Assembly: GCA_002685535.1 (NCBI GenBank)
Contig: NYXK01000211.1
Location: 28,803 to 92,802 of the forward strand
Source of the DNA: Deltaproteobacteria bacterium
Lineage (GTDB): Bacteria; SAR324; NAC60-12
DNA: 64,000 nt
Direction: 5' to 3'
Position numbers and translations under genes: made by a program. Under the pieces are notes generated by a model that saw nothing but the letters and a program-made list of their open reading frames with translations, did no database searches and was not told the DNA's origin. Within the stretch, counting starts at the first letter, position 1. Each line of letters starts with the position of its first letter. This document shows, piece by piece, positions 50,771 through 61,826 of this stretch.

Positions 50771-51233
50771 TTTGATGTACATTGAGTCTGACGATGAAAA
50801 TCGATGATCTTGAGGTGCTGTCAAACTGACTCTCGGCGGGGTCCAGCTGAGAGATCCCGAGCCTCGACCGGCGTTAAATTCCAAAGTACAAGCAAAGCGA
50901 GCATTTGTGCAGGCTTGAGGCGCTTCAGACAGAAATACATAGAGGTATGCTAAATTAGGTCCATCACTAGACCTTTACGCCCAAAGTGACGACAAAAGAA
51001 AGTAATGTCTAGTTAAACAAGCGGAGAACGACCAGGGCGCACTATTGTGGACTTTGGAAGGGAGCCGTGGTATTGATAGTTCGAGATGCAAAGTGTGGTT
51101 TTGCTAGTGGCATAGGGATATGTGTTGGTACCACAAAGATGCTGGAGCGATAGTCTTCAGTTTCCGGATAAGTCCATACAAATATATAGCAGAGCATGCT
51201 TCCAAATAGTTGTGCCAGCTTCCATGAACAGCT

Positions 51234-51998
51234 TCACATAATCCCCTCCTGACCGATACCGGCCACCCATGGGCTGTTGAAATCGACAAATTGGAAGCAA
51301 TCCTCTGCTGCCTCCCAAGTCTCCGATAATTCGAGATCGGGGTTGTAGAAACTGGCCAGCACTACGTCTGAGGCATCCGGGAAATAGTCCTCTGGGGTTT
51401 GTATGCCACTAAAGTTCTGCCAATCTTGCAAAAGCTCCGAGGTGCAAAGACTTGGGGTCGGCAGCTCGGGGATATTGGTCTCCTGTTCATGCGCGAAATT
51501 CGGATACGTAGGTGACAGGTGATGCGGCGTTGTTTTTTGAGCATCCACGATCTGCGGAAATTCATCCACCGATTTCAACAACGAATTCTTCGCTCTGTAC
51601 TCCCCAATGGTCATGCCCATAATCTTCTTGAACACCCTGCAGAAATGACTCTCCGTCAATCCAACTTCCTTCGCCAGACCCTTCACACTCCACTTGACGG
51701 CCCCAATTTCTTCCCTGACGATCAACTCACATGCCTTATCCACGGCCAAGATCTGTGGATCTCCTTCGTTCTCTCTCAAATTCGGACGACATCGTTTGCA
51801 AGGACGAAATCCGGCTGCTTCAGCTTCAGCTGGCGTGTCGTGAAAAACGATATTTGCTCTACGTGCGAGGCGCGAAGGACACGTAGGGCGACAGTAGATC
51901 TTGGTCGTACAAACGCTATAGATGAAGGCGCTCGCCGCGAGGGGATCTCGCCGTTGGAGGGCAGCCCATCGGCTGCTTGGGGATGAAAATGAAGTCAT
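51234..51998 (-). CDS. Ada-type methylphosphotriester-DNA methyltransferase / transcriptional activator (N-Ada Zn domain + AraC HTH + acidic tail)
   Basis: RWAALQRRD, TTKIYCRPTCPSR, AEAAGFRPCKRCRP (four Zn cysteines) and LAKEVGLTESHFCRVFKKIMGMTIGEY HTH. Confidence 0.93.
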   Translation of the reverse strand: MTSFSSPSSRWAALQRRDPLAASAFIYSVCTTKIYCRPTCPSRLARRANIVFHDTPAEAEAAGFRPCKRCRPNLRENEGDPQILAVDKACELIVREEIGAVKWSVKGLAKEVGLTESHFCRVFKKIMGMTIGEYRAKNSLLKSVDEFPQIVDAQKTTPHHLSPTYPNFAHEQETNIPELPTPSLCTSELLQDWQNFSGIQTPEDYFPDASDVVLASFYNPDLELSETWEAAEDCFQFVDFNSPWVAGIGQEGIM

Positions 51999-52335
51999 CA
52001 CGACCTTCCGTAATTAGCGCTTCGCGGGGGAAGTATCTAACGTAATACTGTCTTTACAAAAGTTGTTCAGCTCATCTCTCAAGACCAACTCGTATTATAC
52101 ATGGGTGAGTTTATGTTGATTGGACTGTGATGGAAGTCACAAATCACGACGTGAAGTTGAAGTGCGGGGCGAAAAATCATGAGTCAGCCTGAGCTGCTCT
52201 TGAATTGACCAATCACAATGGATCTTACGAATATCAACTCTCGAACATATAAGCCCCGGACGTAGATGACCTGCTCAACGCTACAACAACAGGAGTTCTT
52301 CATCTTATCCCTCCCCCCATATTTTCTTTGCTAGG
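51999..52335. promoter_or_regulatory. Bidirectional promoter shared by the Ada-like and AGT genes
   Basis: 337 bp between divergent ATGs. Opposed CCAAT boxes (ATTGG 52119-23, CCAAT 52209-13), palindromes at 52126-41 and 52144-54, TGAGTCA at 52180-86, TATAA near 52248. Confidence 0.7.
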
Positions 52336-52797
52336 ATGGCCGTCACAGAATATCAAGAGGTAACTTCACCCTCCCCCTGTTGCCCCACTCTAAGCGAATT
52401 CATTGTTGACAAGTATCAAGCGAGTCTACGCTCTTCTGCGCCAGATCCCGTCTGGAAAGGTCTCTTCGTACGCTGCACTTTCTAAAGCACTTTCATCATC
52501 ACCACGAGCGGTTGGAGGTGCACTGAGAAGGAATCCATTCGCGCCTGAAGTGCCTTGTCATCGCATTATTTGCGCGGATGGAGTAAGGTAGCCGCAATCA
52601 ATTGAGAGACCGCAAGCTAACAACTCCAGTCGATTGGAGGATTTAAGGGAGAACCACAAGATGCACCCTCAGGTATAAATCAAAAGGAGAAGTTGCGATT
52701 GCTGAAAAGTGAAGGAGTGATGTTTGATGAGAGTGGTCAGCTGTTGGACAATTCTAAGTGGTGGAGCAGTTTCGTGCCCATTGAGGCAAGGTCGTAA
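52336..52797 (+). CDS. O6-alkylguanine-DNA alkyltransferase (MGMT/Ogt C-terminal domain type)
   Basis: Introns 52360-52420 and 52583-52629. Spliced product MAVTEYQERVYALLRQIPSGKVSSY...RAVGGALRRNP...VPCHRII...IGGF...KLRLLKSEG, with the active-site PCHR intact. Confidence 0.93.
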
Positions 52798-54094
52798 AGG
52801 AAACAAGCTAGATATATCAAAATCCTTGAATCTTTCTAGTGGTGTACTCGGAGGGAAGATGTGCCACGAAGAATGCCCACTGTGGCGGTTCTCGGCTGCC
52901 TGCATGAGGCAGTTCTGCACAGCCCCATAAGCTGTTCAAATGTTACACAAGCTTGAAACTGTAAGTTCACTGGTACTACTAGATGTAAACCGTGAAAAAA
53001 CCCTCACGTCCTTTAAAAGCCTCGCTCCCATAATCTATGGTGTATCAATCTGTGCAACACCCTGGATTCTGTTTCGTACCTCCAGCCCCAAGGATATCAG
53101 GAGTCTGAATCGATACGGAACTTTGGTTGTCTAGTTTCAGTTCCAGGTATCGCAGGAAGTCATGTATGAACTTCAGTATGCTCTCCAGAGATAGTTCAGA
53201 CATGACTTCCTGACGCTTCAGCCTAGTCAATCTAGACCCCTCGTTGACGAGACCTGGCTTCTGGGAGCTTGTGAGAGCAAGCATATCGTCGAGCTCTTTC
53301 CGAGTTTATAATGCCAAGGAATTCCCCGGTATGAGAGCGAGTACTCAATTGAGCAACATTTTGAAACATCAGGGTTGTCTAATTTCGATCCGGAAAAAGG
53401 ACAGCCGGAGAAAAAGAGAATCTCAAGCCGATTCGGCGGCTATTGTAAAGCACTCAAGTAGCGACGAACAATACTGCCTCCAGCCTCAAGCCGTTGAAGA
53501 GGAAACCAAATTTGCATCTTCCAGTAAGGGCTACAAAAAGTCTTGTGAAGAAGACGAATTGAATAATCTTTCAATATCCCCCAAGATCCTTTCCCCTGGT
53601 GACGAAGGCGATTCGAGTCTGAGAGGTCAGCTTGGTGTGGAAGGACGAATGGTTATGCTGTCGATGGCGGTCTGCACTCGAGGCTCGAGACCAAGTCGCA
53701 ACAATCTATCGACAATTCTCATTCGTCTGGAGGTCAACGGGTGAACGATCAAGTCGAATCTGTCGACATCCTAGCCGACATTTCGATTCTTTGACATCCG
53801 CACTTCTCGTTTTTGCTCACGTCCTCGAGACTGGTGTCCCTTCCAAAATGGTCAGATGTAGTCAAGCTATTGATAGCAGGGCTTCTACGATGTAGGATAC
53901 AGTGGTGGCCCCTTGCTCCGGTATGGAGGAAGTGTCCAGAAAATGGATTATTCAGGGTATCCTGGCAATGTGTGAGTACCGCGATCTACTTCAAACAGCT
54001 TCTCCTCGAGTGGTTCAATTGAACATGACTACTCATACGCTATAATTGCTGAGCGGAGCTGTATTTCGACACCGCATCAGAGGTAGCTCGGCAG

Positions 54095-55017
54095 TTGATC
54101 CAAGATCTACCAAGAACAATGGAGCTAGACCAGCCCGTACTCCCATTCCACCAAAATAGTCGTTCAGCGAGCTTTCACCCAGCGTCCCCAATGATGGCCA
54201 CTGGAGCACATAGCATATCGACATGTGTGCCTACCAAAATCAGCACTCATTCTGAGAGCATAGGAACGACAGCCCGCCTTAATCACGATAGAATCGGTGG
54301 CAATCCTTCAACTTCAGACGAAAGCTACCTTCACTGGTGTATCGATTCAAACGCATCTGATACTCTCTTATTCCCACTATTGATATCCCGCCTAGACGAC
54401 ACCTCCATAGTCCAAAGGCTAAGAACTACCTACCAAGCAGTGAAGGGATTACGAAAGTGGCTGTTGTTGACAGATATCGAGACGGTGAAATTCGTGCTGG
54501 TATTGACTTTCTTTCAATCTGAACTCTTCCGAGAGCTAATGGAGAGCAGTTCAAAAGAGGGGCTCAGAAAATGGGCCTCAGGATCTCATAGTCTGCTTGA
54601 AAGAGGACATGCCACCAAAGACAGATCCAAACTACCGATATCTGAGTTCAGAGCCTGTCGAGCTTCTTCCAAAGTTCGCCACGCAGACGCTACGGCACCA
54701 CTTACGGTATTTCCACAAGTGCAATTCCAAGGACATCGAAAACATCATGCACCTAGTTCCCAAAAAGGTCAACGGCATGCTGGAGAAGAAGTTCGGTGCT
54801 GTTGGCTGGGGTGTGCAAGCCGTTTCCGGGATTGGCATTGTGGAAATGCGCCATTCCTCTCCTGCTGTCACAGGTTCCGCCAATAATATTCGCCATTCGC
54901 TGGCTGCTTTTGCATACGTGAGATTTTCAGAATGCGTTCATGTTTTCGGCATATTTACTCATGCTGTTGAATTTCATTCTGTTGGTTCCTGAAAGGTGGT
55001 GCGCTAGTAGGACTTGA
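54095..55017 (+). pseudogene. Pseudogene of a fungal hypothetical membrane protein family (may extend upstream to ~53250)
   Basis: YLHWC..DD..LR..Y..VKG..KFV exon, then intron 54500-54549. Frameshifts near 54560 and 54830, and an in-frame TGA before DFQNAF in the hydrophobic C-terminus. Confidence 0.6.
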
Positions 55018-55364
55018 CCAAATGAGACGAGGCCCGGAGCTCAGAGAAGTGTGACTGACTGTCAAGCGACGTGGAGATGGTTTAGATTCCAGAATGATTC
55101 AAGGACCTATTTTAGATATCATATGTAGAGGTTCGTAGGAAGTTTCGATTGCGGGAAAATCGATATCAAGATATTCAAGCAATTCTATTGAGCTTCCCCA
55201 GCCGCAAGTTGTGACAAATCTTTTTTGGTCCTCAGAAGAAGGTTGCGGTAGAGGTCAAGGGTCCCCCCTCTCGCTTGTGAGTTTACAGGCCACAAAATTT
55301 GTTACATTTAACTATCCAAATTGGCACATTTTCGACATCACATTACAAAAGCGTGCTGGAAATA

Positions 55365-55520
55365 TCCGGAATGGTGTAGTGTAAGTACTTCAGTCAGATA
55401 CGTCACTTCTTGAAGCACAATTAACAAATAATCAGGGCTAGCATTTCTGCCTCTCATGATCTGTCTAACAAGCAATCAATGTGTTCGCAGGAGACCGGGG
55501 TTCAATTCCCCGTTCCGGAA
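55365..55520 (+). tRNA. tRNA-Glu(CTC) with two introns: a GT-AG intron at 55381-55435 (D-loop) and a canonical 37/38 intron at 55457-55485
   Basis: Removing both introns gives a complete cloverleaf: acceptor TCCGGAA/TTCCGGA, D stem GTGT/GCAT, loop AGTGGCTA, anticodon stem TCTGC/GCAGG, loop CTCTCAC, T arm CGGGG-TTCAATT-CCCCG, discriminator A. Confidence 0.92.
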
Positions 55521-55526
55521 GAAATC

Positions 55527-55531
55527 TTTTT
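55527..55531 (+). terminator. RNA polymerase III terminator (T5)
   Basis: TTTTT 6 nt after the tRNA discriminator, with further T-runs downstream. Confidence 0.8.
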
Positions 55532-56045
55532 GTGCCTTTTGTCTATTGATTTTTGCGTCTAAGACTTCTCTAGCACCTATATGCCGTGGTATAAATTGAA
55601 TAACATCTCTGTGTTGTGCCATCTTTTACTTTGCACCATTTTCGACAAGGACAGGCTCAGTGCTGTTATTCCTTCTTCCCTGCAACACCTTTGAGGCCAA
55701 CAACGCACTGTCCCAGCACGTCAAGTAAGGAAATGTAAAGCTCACTACATGTTATATTCATTTCAATCTTGATTTCAATCTTGTACAGTAATTGAGTATA
55801 ATGTCACCATTAATTACAAATCCTATTTTGTTGTTTTTGTCTGTTTAAAACATGGTTCTCTTATCGGCGCTGCTCGAGCTCTTATCATAAGCGCGTCGCC
55901 CGCCTTGACCGCGAGGCTCGACTTTCACTTCTACCTACTCTGCCATCCTCTACAGAGCATCGCCGCCACGACCTCTTTATACAGCATGCTTTGGTCGCCA
56001 TGATAATGATTCACGATTGAACGGCATCCACTCCGACTATACACT

Positions 56046-59000
56046 ATGGCCTCCATCTGGTCTGGGAAAGCTCCTCCTGACACGCCAACATCCAAAGATG
56101 TCTCCGACGTAGCAGACACAGGCCTAGCAGATGTTGGTCTCCCAGCGCCCCAAGCTACAAGTGCTCCCATGGGCCGTCCTCAGCTCCAAAGAAATCAACC
56201 TGCGCCTCCTCCTCCCCATCAGCCTCCGCCACCTCCATCTCCGAACCCGAACGACTCCCTCTCGTTGATGCAGCTCCGGCGCATTGTGACCGATTTCCCC
56301 AAAATCGACCCCACGACATACGCATTCACGTACGCCGATGCTGCTTCGTTTGAGGAAGAGATTGACGAGTGGTTCTCATACAATGATGCGGAATACAAAC
56401 GTTTGCAGAGGGCGAGGGACACTTTCGAGAGGCGATGGAGGAAATTCTCGAACAAGCCATGGCTCGAATCGCAAGACTGTCAGAAATTTGTAGAGCGGGA
56501 AGTCAACGGATTGCATGCGACAGACCTACGGAGACGCTGCAAAAGTCTACAGACGGTCCTTCATATCGTTCTGGGGGTATGGGACGAGACAGCAGGAATC
56601 AAGTCGGAGGAGGCTACGAAAGCGAAGACCAATGCTACGTCTAAGCATCTGGAGAATATGAAAGCTGGAATTGTCATGATTACTAACGCTGGTGGTATTG
56701 CGCTTGTCTTCCAGGTTCTTCAGAATGCGTTCAAGATGCTCTGGGATGACGAGTTTCGGGAAACCAAGTTACTGGATGAGGATATACCATACATTCAAGA
56801 CGAGCTTGACAATGTGACCACTGTCATCTACATGCTTGTAGAAGGTGTTCGCAATGACCCTATTGGCTTGGCATCTGCTCGAGAGCAACTTCGTAGGTTC
56901 AACACGAAGCCACAACTGCTCTGTGCTAATCGCAATAGTGGAACTGAACTTGGTTGACTATTTCGTCAAAGTTACAGCGAGACTCCGATGGGATGAAGCA
57001 AACGAGTTGCCACAGACTAGAGTCAGCCTCTCTCTTCTCATTTAACTCATCATTACTGACTGTCCCAGATATTTCTGCTCTTTTGGAAGACCATCTTACT
57101 AGTTTTCGGCGGCAGTGATGAGATTGAGGACGTAAAGAGTGCCACCAGCGAACTGAGACACATCAATGGCGAAGGAGGGAAGCTCATTACAGCGTCTCCC
57201 TTAGACTACCACATTTTCCGCCAGGAAATCACATCAAAATACCCCGCATATACCCCGCCACCACCACTCTTACCCCTCGAACCCGATAACAATTCCATCT
57301 TACCACCACTCCCAAACCGACCGAGTAGAGCAAATGGCGCCAATGGAATCATACCTCCGCCAATGAACGTGAATAGTAGTGGAGCATCCATTCTTCACCA
57401 ACCGGTACATATCGCCACTCCAGCACCCTCACCGCCTCCATCACCTCCAGTCGGAGGCAAGGCTGGAAAGAAACAAAATTACCAGACCAACCAGAACTTT
57501 CCGTTCATGTATCCACCATTAGATAGCACCAGCAACAGTGCCGGAGGTAAAGGTGCGGCTGGCTTACAAGAACTGCTGGTTGGTAGGAAATGGGAGGGAA
57601 GTGACATACCCAAGTCCATTATTGAAGCTGGAGCCTTGTTCGCGAAACGTATGCGGATGACGAGAGCCATGCGACAATTGTGGAATGAGCGAGAGAAATT
57701 CCTAAAATATGAGCGAGGATGGGATGGTGTTGACGAGGATGATGATATCGAGGAACTTGACTTGGATACGATATTAGGAAAGAAGGCTGCACTCGAGGGC
57801 ATGAAACCTATCAAGCCTGATGTCGATTATGGACCTAATGCTGATGTTGGCGATGATGTTAAGAAAAAGCTTGATCTTGTGGAACAGTTCTATGTAAGTT
57901 CTTCATTCCTGATCATAGAAATTGGTTCTGACCAGGCAGCAAAACTCTATACCTCATCTCCAATCCCTGGTTATTGTTCTGCTCAAAGCAGTACTTGCAA
58001 ATGTGACTGCCCTGATCACACAACCGATGGGGCAGCAACAAGGCTTGGCATCTGGATTCAGGTCCGATGTCAATCTTCGAGGCAATGGAGCCCAGGGCCA
58101 GAATAGACAGCAAGACCCTGCGAATATTCCATTGCCCACTACTGTAGACCCATCCGAGCTCCCAATCGAAGAGATTGAAGCGATGCGATCACGGGAAATT
58201 ACGGCGAAAGCTGTATCTGGGATTCTTCTCATGCTGCTGAAGTGGTTCAAGGTTTCTCGTATGTCCCTCGCTCCCTGTGCTGTGCTGTACAATGCTAAAA
58301 GGTGCAGATATTCTCAAGTTCGAGTACCTCACCCAGCTATTGCTAGACTCCAATTATCTGCCACTTGTTCTGAAGCTGTTCGCTCACCAGGAAATCGATA
58401 AAGTGGTCGAAAGCAGAACAGATCGCGATGAAATGAGGTACGTTCCACTGTGCATCAACTTGACTTGTGCAAGCTAATACCATGAAGCTTCTTCGCATTC
58501 TGTAACGAGCATAGTAAGAACGTCCCAATCCCAGACCTGTCAGGGCTGGAGGCCGAGGAAAGCGAAGACGAAGCCGCACCACCTGCTATCAAGCGCAATC
58601 GAGACCTCCTCGTCACCGGCTCAGAAGACAAACTTCCAGCCCTCGCATTCCAAGAAGGTCAACACGCCGGCAAGCGCGAACGCCCCGAGCTCGACGAACT
58701 TGGCTATCCAGCAACAGAGCCCCCTTACCCAGACGAACCCATCACCGAATTCTCGTGGCGCAACTTCTTCTCCTCCATCAACTTCCTCCGCATCATGCAG
58801 AAGATCTGCAAGAACAAAGCCCATCGCAACCTTCTCCTCGTCCAATACAAATCCTCCAACATCCTCAAGAAGTCCCTCAAGATCCCGCAGCCCGAGCTGC
58901 GCTTGTACACGCTCAAGCTGTTCAAGAACCAAGTCCCGTATTGTGGCCGTAAATGGCGACAGGGCAACATGCGCGTCATCACGGCCGTGTACCTACACTG

Positions 59001-59262
59001 CCGCCCGGAGTTGAGGGATGATTGGTTGGCGGGAAGTGATGTCGATGCGGAGGTTGAGGAGGCGCTGCCGCTGGAACAGGCGTTGCGGGCGTTGACGCAT
59101 TGGCATAATATTAAGCGGTACCCTGAGCAGATGGGCGCGGACACGAAGTTGTTAGAGGAGGAACATGATTTTTTCGTCAGGGAGCTGGAGAGGATGGAGT
59201 TTATCGATGAGGGTGGTGAGGAGGAGAGTGTTGATGGGGGATGGATTGGGTATGCGCCTTGA
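56046..59262 (+). CDS. FAR11: STRIPAK component Far11/HAM-2/PRO22 (N1221 + DUF3402 domains), multi-exon
   Basis: FEEEIDEWFSY, FRQEITSKYPAY.PP, ILKFEYLTQLLLDSNYLPL, KSSNILKK.LK and KWRQGNMRVITAVYLHCRPELRDDWL motifs; five GT-AG introns. Confidence 0.95.
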
Positions 59263-60021
59263 TTTGAGCTTCATTTAACAGGATGATGTACATCGACTGA
59301 ACTGAATCAAACGAAAGCATCACCAATATCATTTCATGAATTACATCCCATCATGTTGAAAGATCACTAGACATTCACGGCAGCTAAACATCCCACCTCA
59401 TGGCCCCGACCAGGTATTTGTCACTCCCCATAATCGCATGAATCTCGGCTCACCAACAGCCATCAAGAAATTCTCCTACGCATTAACCTCCCACCACCCT
59501 TCCAAATCCCCTGCCAATATCCAGCTTCTAGAAAGCAACCTTTGTTGCACATCGCATTTATTTCTCCGATGTGTTTGGTTCGCGCGTTGGGACGCGCTCA
59601 CTGCTTTTCCTGCTTGGTGATGATTACGGAGATGCGATGGGCTGGAGTTGGGTTGTCCTGGTGGTGCGTGTGTGTTTCTCGTTTCGCGGATCGATCGAGG
59701 AAACGGGAACGGGGAAAGTGGACATGGGGCGGAGTGGAGTGTATGTTTATGCGTTGGAAACGGGCAGGGGAAAGGGATTCTCGGTATTTTGATTCTGCAA
59801 ATGTGAATTATTGGCTTGGATAATCTGCTTGATTCGTTTGTTCCAGTAGGATCTTGTAGTATTATGCTTGAAATCTAATCGTTCGGATGACTAATACAGT
59901 AGGTCCGGTACGTAGATCGACCTGAGCCACGCACTACAGTGTTCCCCCGCAATTAAGAATACCCATCTCCATCCCCTACCTTACTTGGTCTACCTCTCTG
60001 CATCACGACCGCTATCCAAGC

Positions 60022-61174
60022 ATGTTTTAGCCATTTGAAGAGTTCCACGAAGTGGACGAGATTCTTGACGACCTTGATCACACATTCAAAGTGAGATTTC
60101 TCATGTCTTCGACCTTTGCTTTGTACTGTGGTCTCAATCTATAACTGTTGTTCACATAGATCGGCATCAACGGCTTTGGATCTGTCGGGAGGGCTATCTT
60201 TTGCCTTAGTCTCGACTGGCCTCATATTTGTGTAGCTGCGATAAATGATCCATTCGTGGATGCAAAACAGGCGGTTCGTTCTGCTTTAACTCAATTATTG
60301 CTGCGTAGCGTCGGCATTTATACTAATCCACGCATAGGCAGACATCCTTCGTGGGGACGATTATCGAGATAGTATAGGCAGGTTCGAAATAGAAGCAGTC
60401 TCTTCGAAAGAACTCATTATCCGGGACGGAGATATATCTAGAACGATTACATTCTGCTCCGAGCAAGATCCCGTGAATATTAGTTGGAAGTCACCCAAAC
60501 TCGGTGTCTTACATGTCGTAGAATGCTCCGGGAGATTCGTCACTTTTGAAGAAGCAAGTCGTCACTTACATGTTGGTCGTACCTTTGCTCAGGAATTAGA
60601 ATTCGAAGAAGAGCATGGAACTTCAATCTGGGATGAAGGCGGGGCCATGAAAGTCCTCATCGCTTCTGCTTCATCCCGTGTACCAAACTTTGACCCAGGT
60701 GTAAACGAGCGGGATTGCAGGTTTCAGGATTATGTATTGGCTGTGATACACCGAGCAACCTGACGACAGAAGGAAGTGCCCAAGATTGAGATCTGAGGAA
60801 GCATTCCAGCCAGGTTTTAAAATTATTAAGTGAGTCATGAGTAGTTTTTCGATACATCACTAGGTTGTGTCGTGCGCTGAACTCGCATAGATGTAGTGCT
60901 TGCCCGCGATGGCTCACTTGGAAGCTACTTACAAAGCATAGAATCGGGCCGCGGTGGTTACTGTCCCGGGGAGAAAGGCCCGTTTTTAGTGCATATGGAG
61001 AGGATTCTGGCTTCTAATATGGAAGGATCGATACCACGAGACTCGAGTGATGATGACATGATAGAGATCGCCAATGGTCCTTCTCTCTATGATACTGGCC
61101 CTTGTGGATGTTGTCAGGGTTCTCGGTCATGGAGAAGAGAACAAGATAATCGAGGATGTCAATTAGATACATGA
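60022..61174 (+). pseudogene. Highly diverged GAPDH-derived gene: NAD-binding domain only, probably a pseudogene
   Basis: IGINGFGSVGR, VAAINDPFVD, EQDPVNISW, VVECSGRF, GAMKVLI and FDPGVN motifs, with gpd-like intron positions. No ASCTT catalytic motif; stop at 60763. Confidence 0.75.
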
Positions 61175-61826
61175 ATCCGTGGGATATGGACGTTCAGAAT
61201 TTATTGAAAGGCAGGCCTTCTAGGGGATCAATCTAAGTAGCCTGCAGTCAACGGACAAGCTGCTGGAATTAATGTGCTAAGTACAGCGTTTGCAAAACGT
61301 TCAAGGAGAAGAACATCGCCACAAGCGCCAGCTTTAATTTTGGTTCTACACTCAGGTCCCAGCTCAGAATCAAAGTCAGCTTCAGAAAGGCTGCTCTGGA
61401 ACCAATCCCAAGTAGCCAGCGAAATCGAGTGGAGGTAGTAGCTGAGTTCAAGACTGAGCGGTCTGTAGCAGCGCCTAGCGGCTCAGCAACGGATATCACC
61501 CCTTTGCAAGAGTACTGAGATGTGCGAATATCACATCTAAATAACCGGTTAGATGAGTCTCGTGTACGACATTCCATGTAAACATGTCCTAGAAGGCATC
61601 CATATTCCTTGGTCAGGTTGCGCTACATATCACCCTGACAAGATAATATCAGGCGTCGATCGTCGATGTCGTGTCTTGATCCCCAATGTTGAGGGCCAAT
61701 GGTCCAGGAGCTGACACATTGGCATTCCTCGACTTTACGTCATCTCACAACAAGAAATATATTAGCGAGAACATCTTAACACTCATATCCTCTGTCACTG
61801 TCAAGGGAAATCCTCGCACCCTCAAA

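Noticed and set aside
52126-52141. Perfect bacterial CRP consensus TGTGA-N6-TCACA in the Ada/AGT promoter, as a relic of horizontal transfer
   Set aside because: Fungi lack CRP and a non-functional site would not persist. Kept only as an anonymous palindrome.
13200-55360. Starship-type giant element inserted next to the tRNA
   Set aside because: No tyrosine-recombinase captain gene and no bounding direct repeats seen.
55381-55435. D-loop insert as a transposon footprint or random insertion in a dead tRNA
   Set aside because: No TSD or TIR, exact GT/AG boundaries restore the conserved loop, and the rest of the tRNA shows no decay. Disfavoured but not excluded without RNA data.
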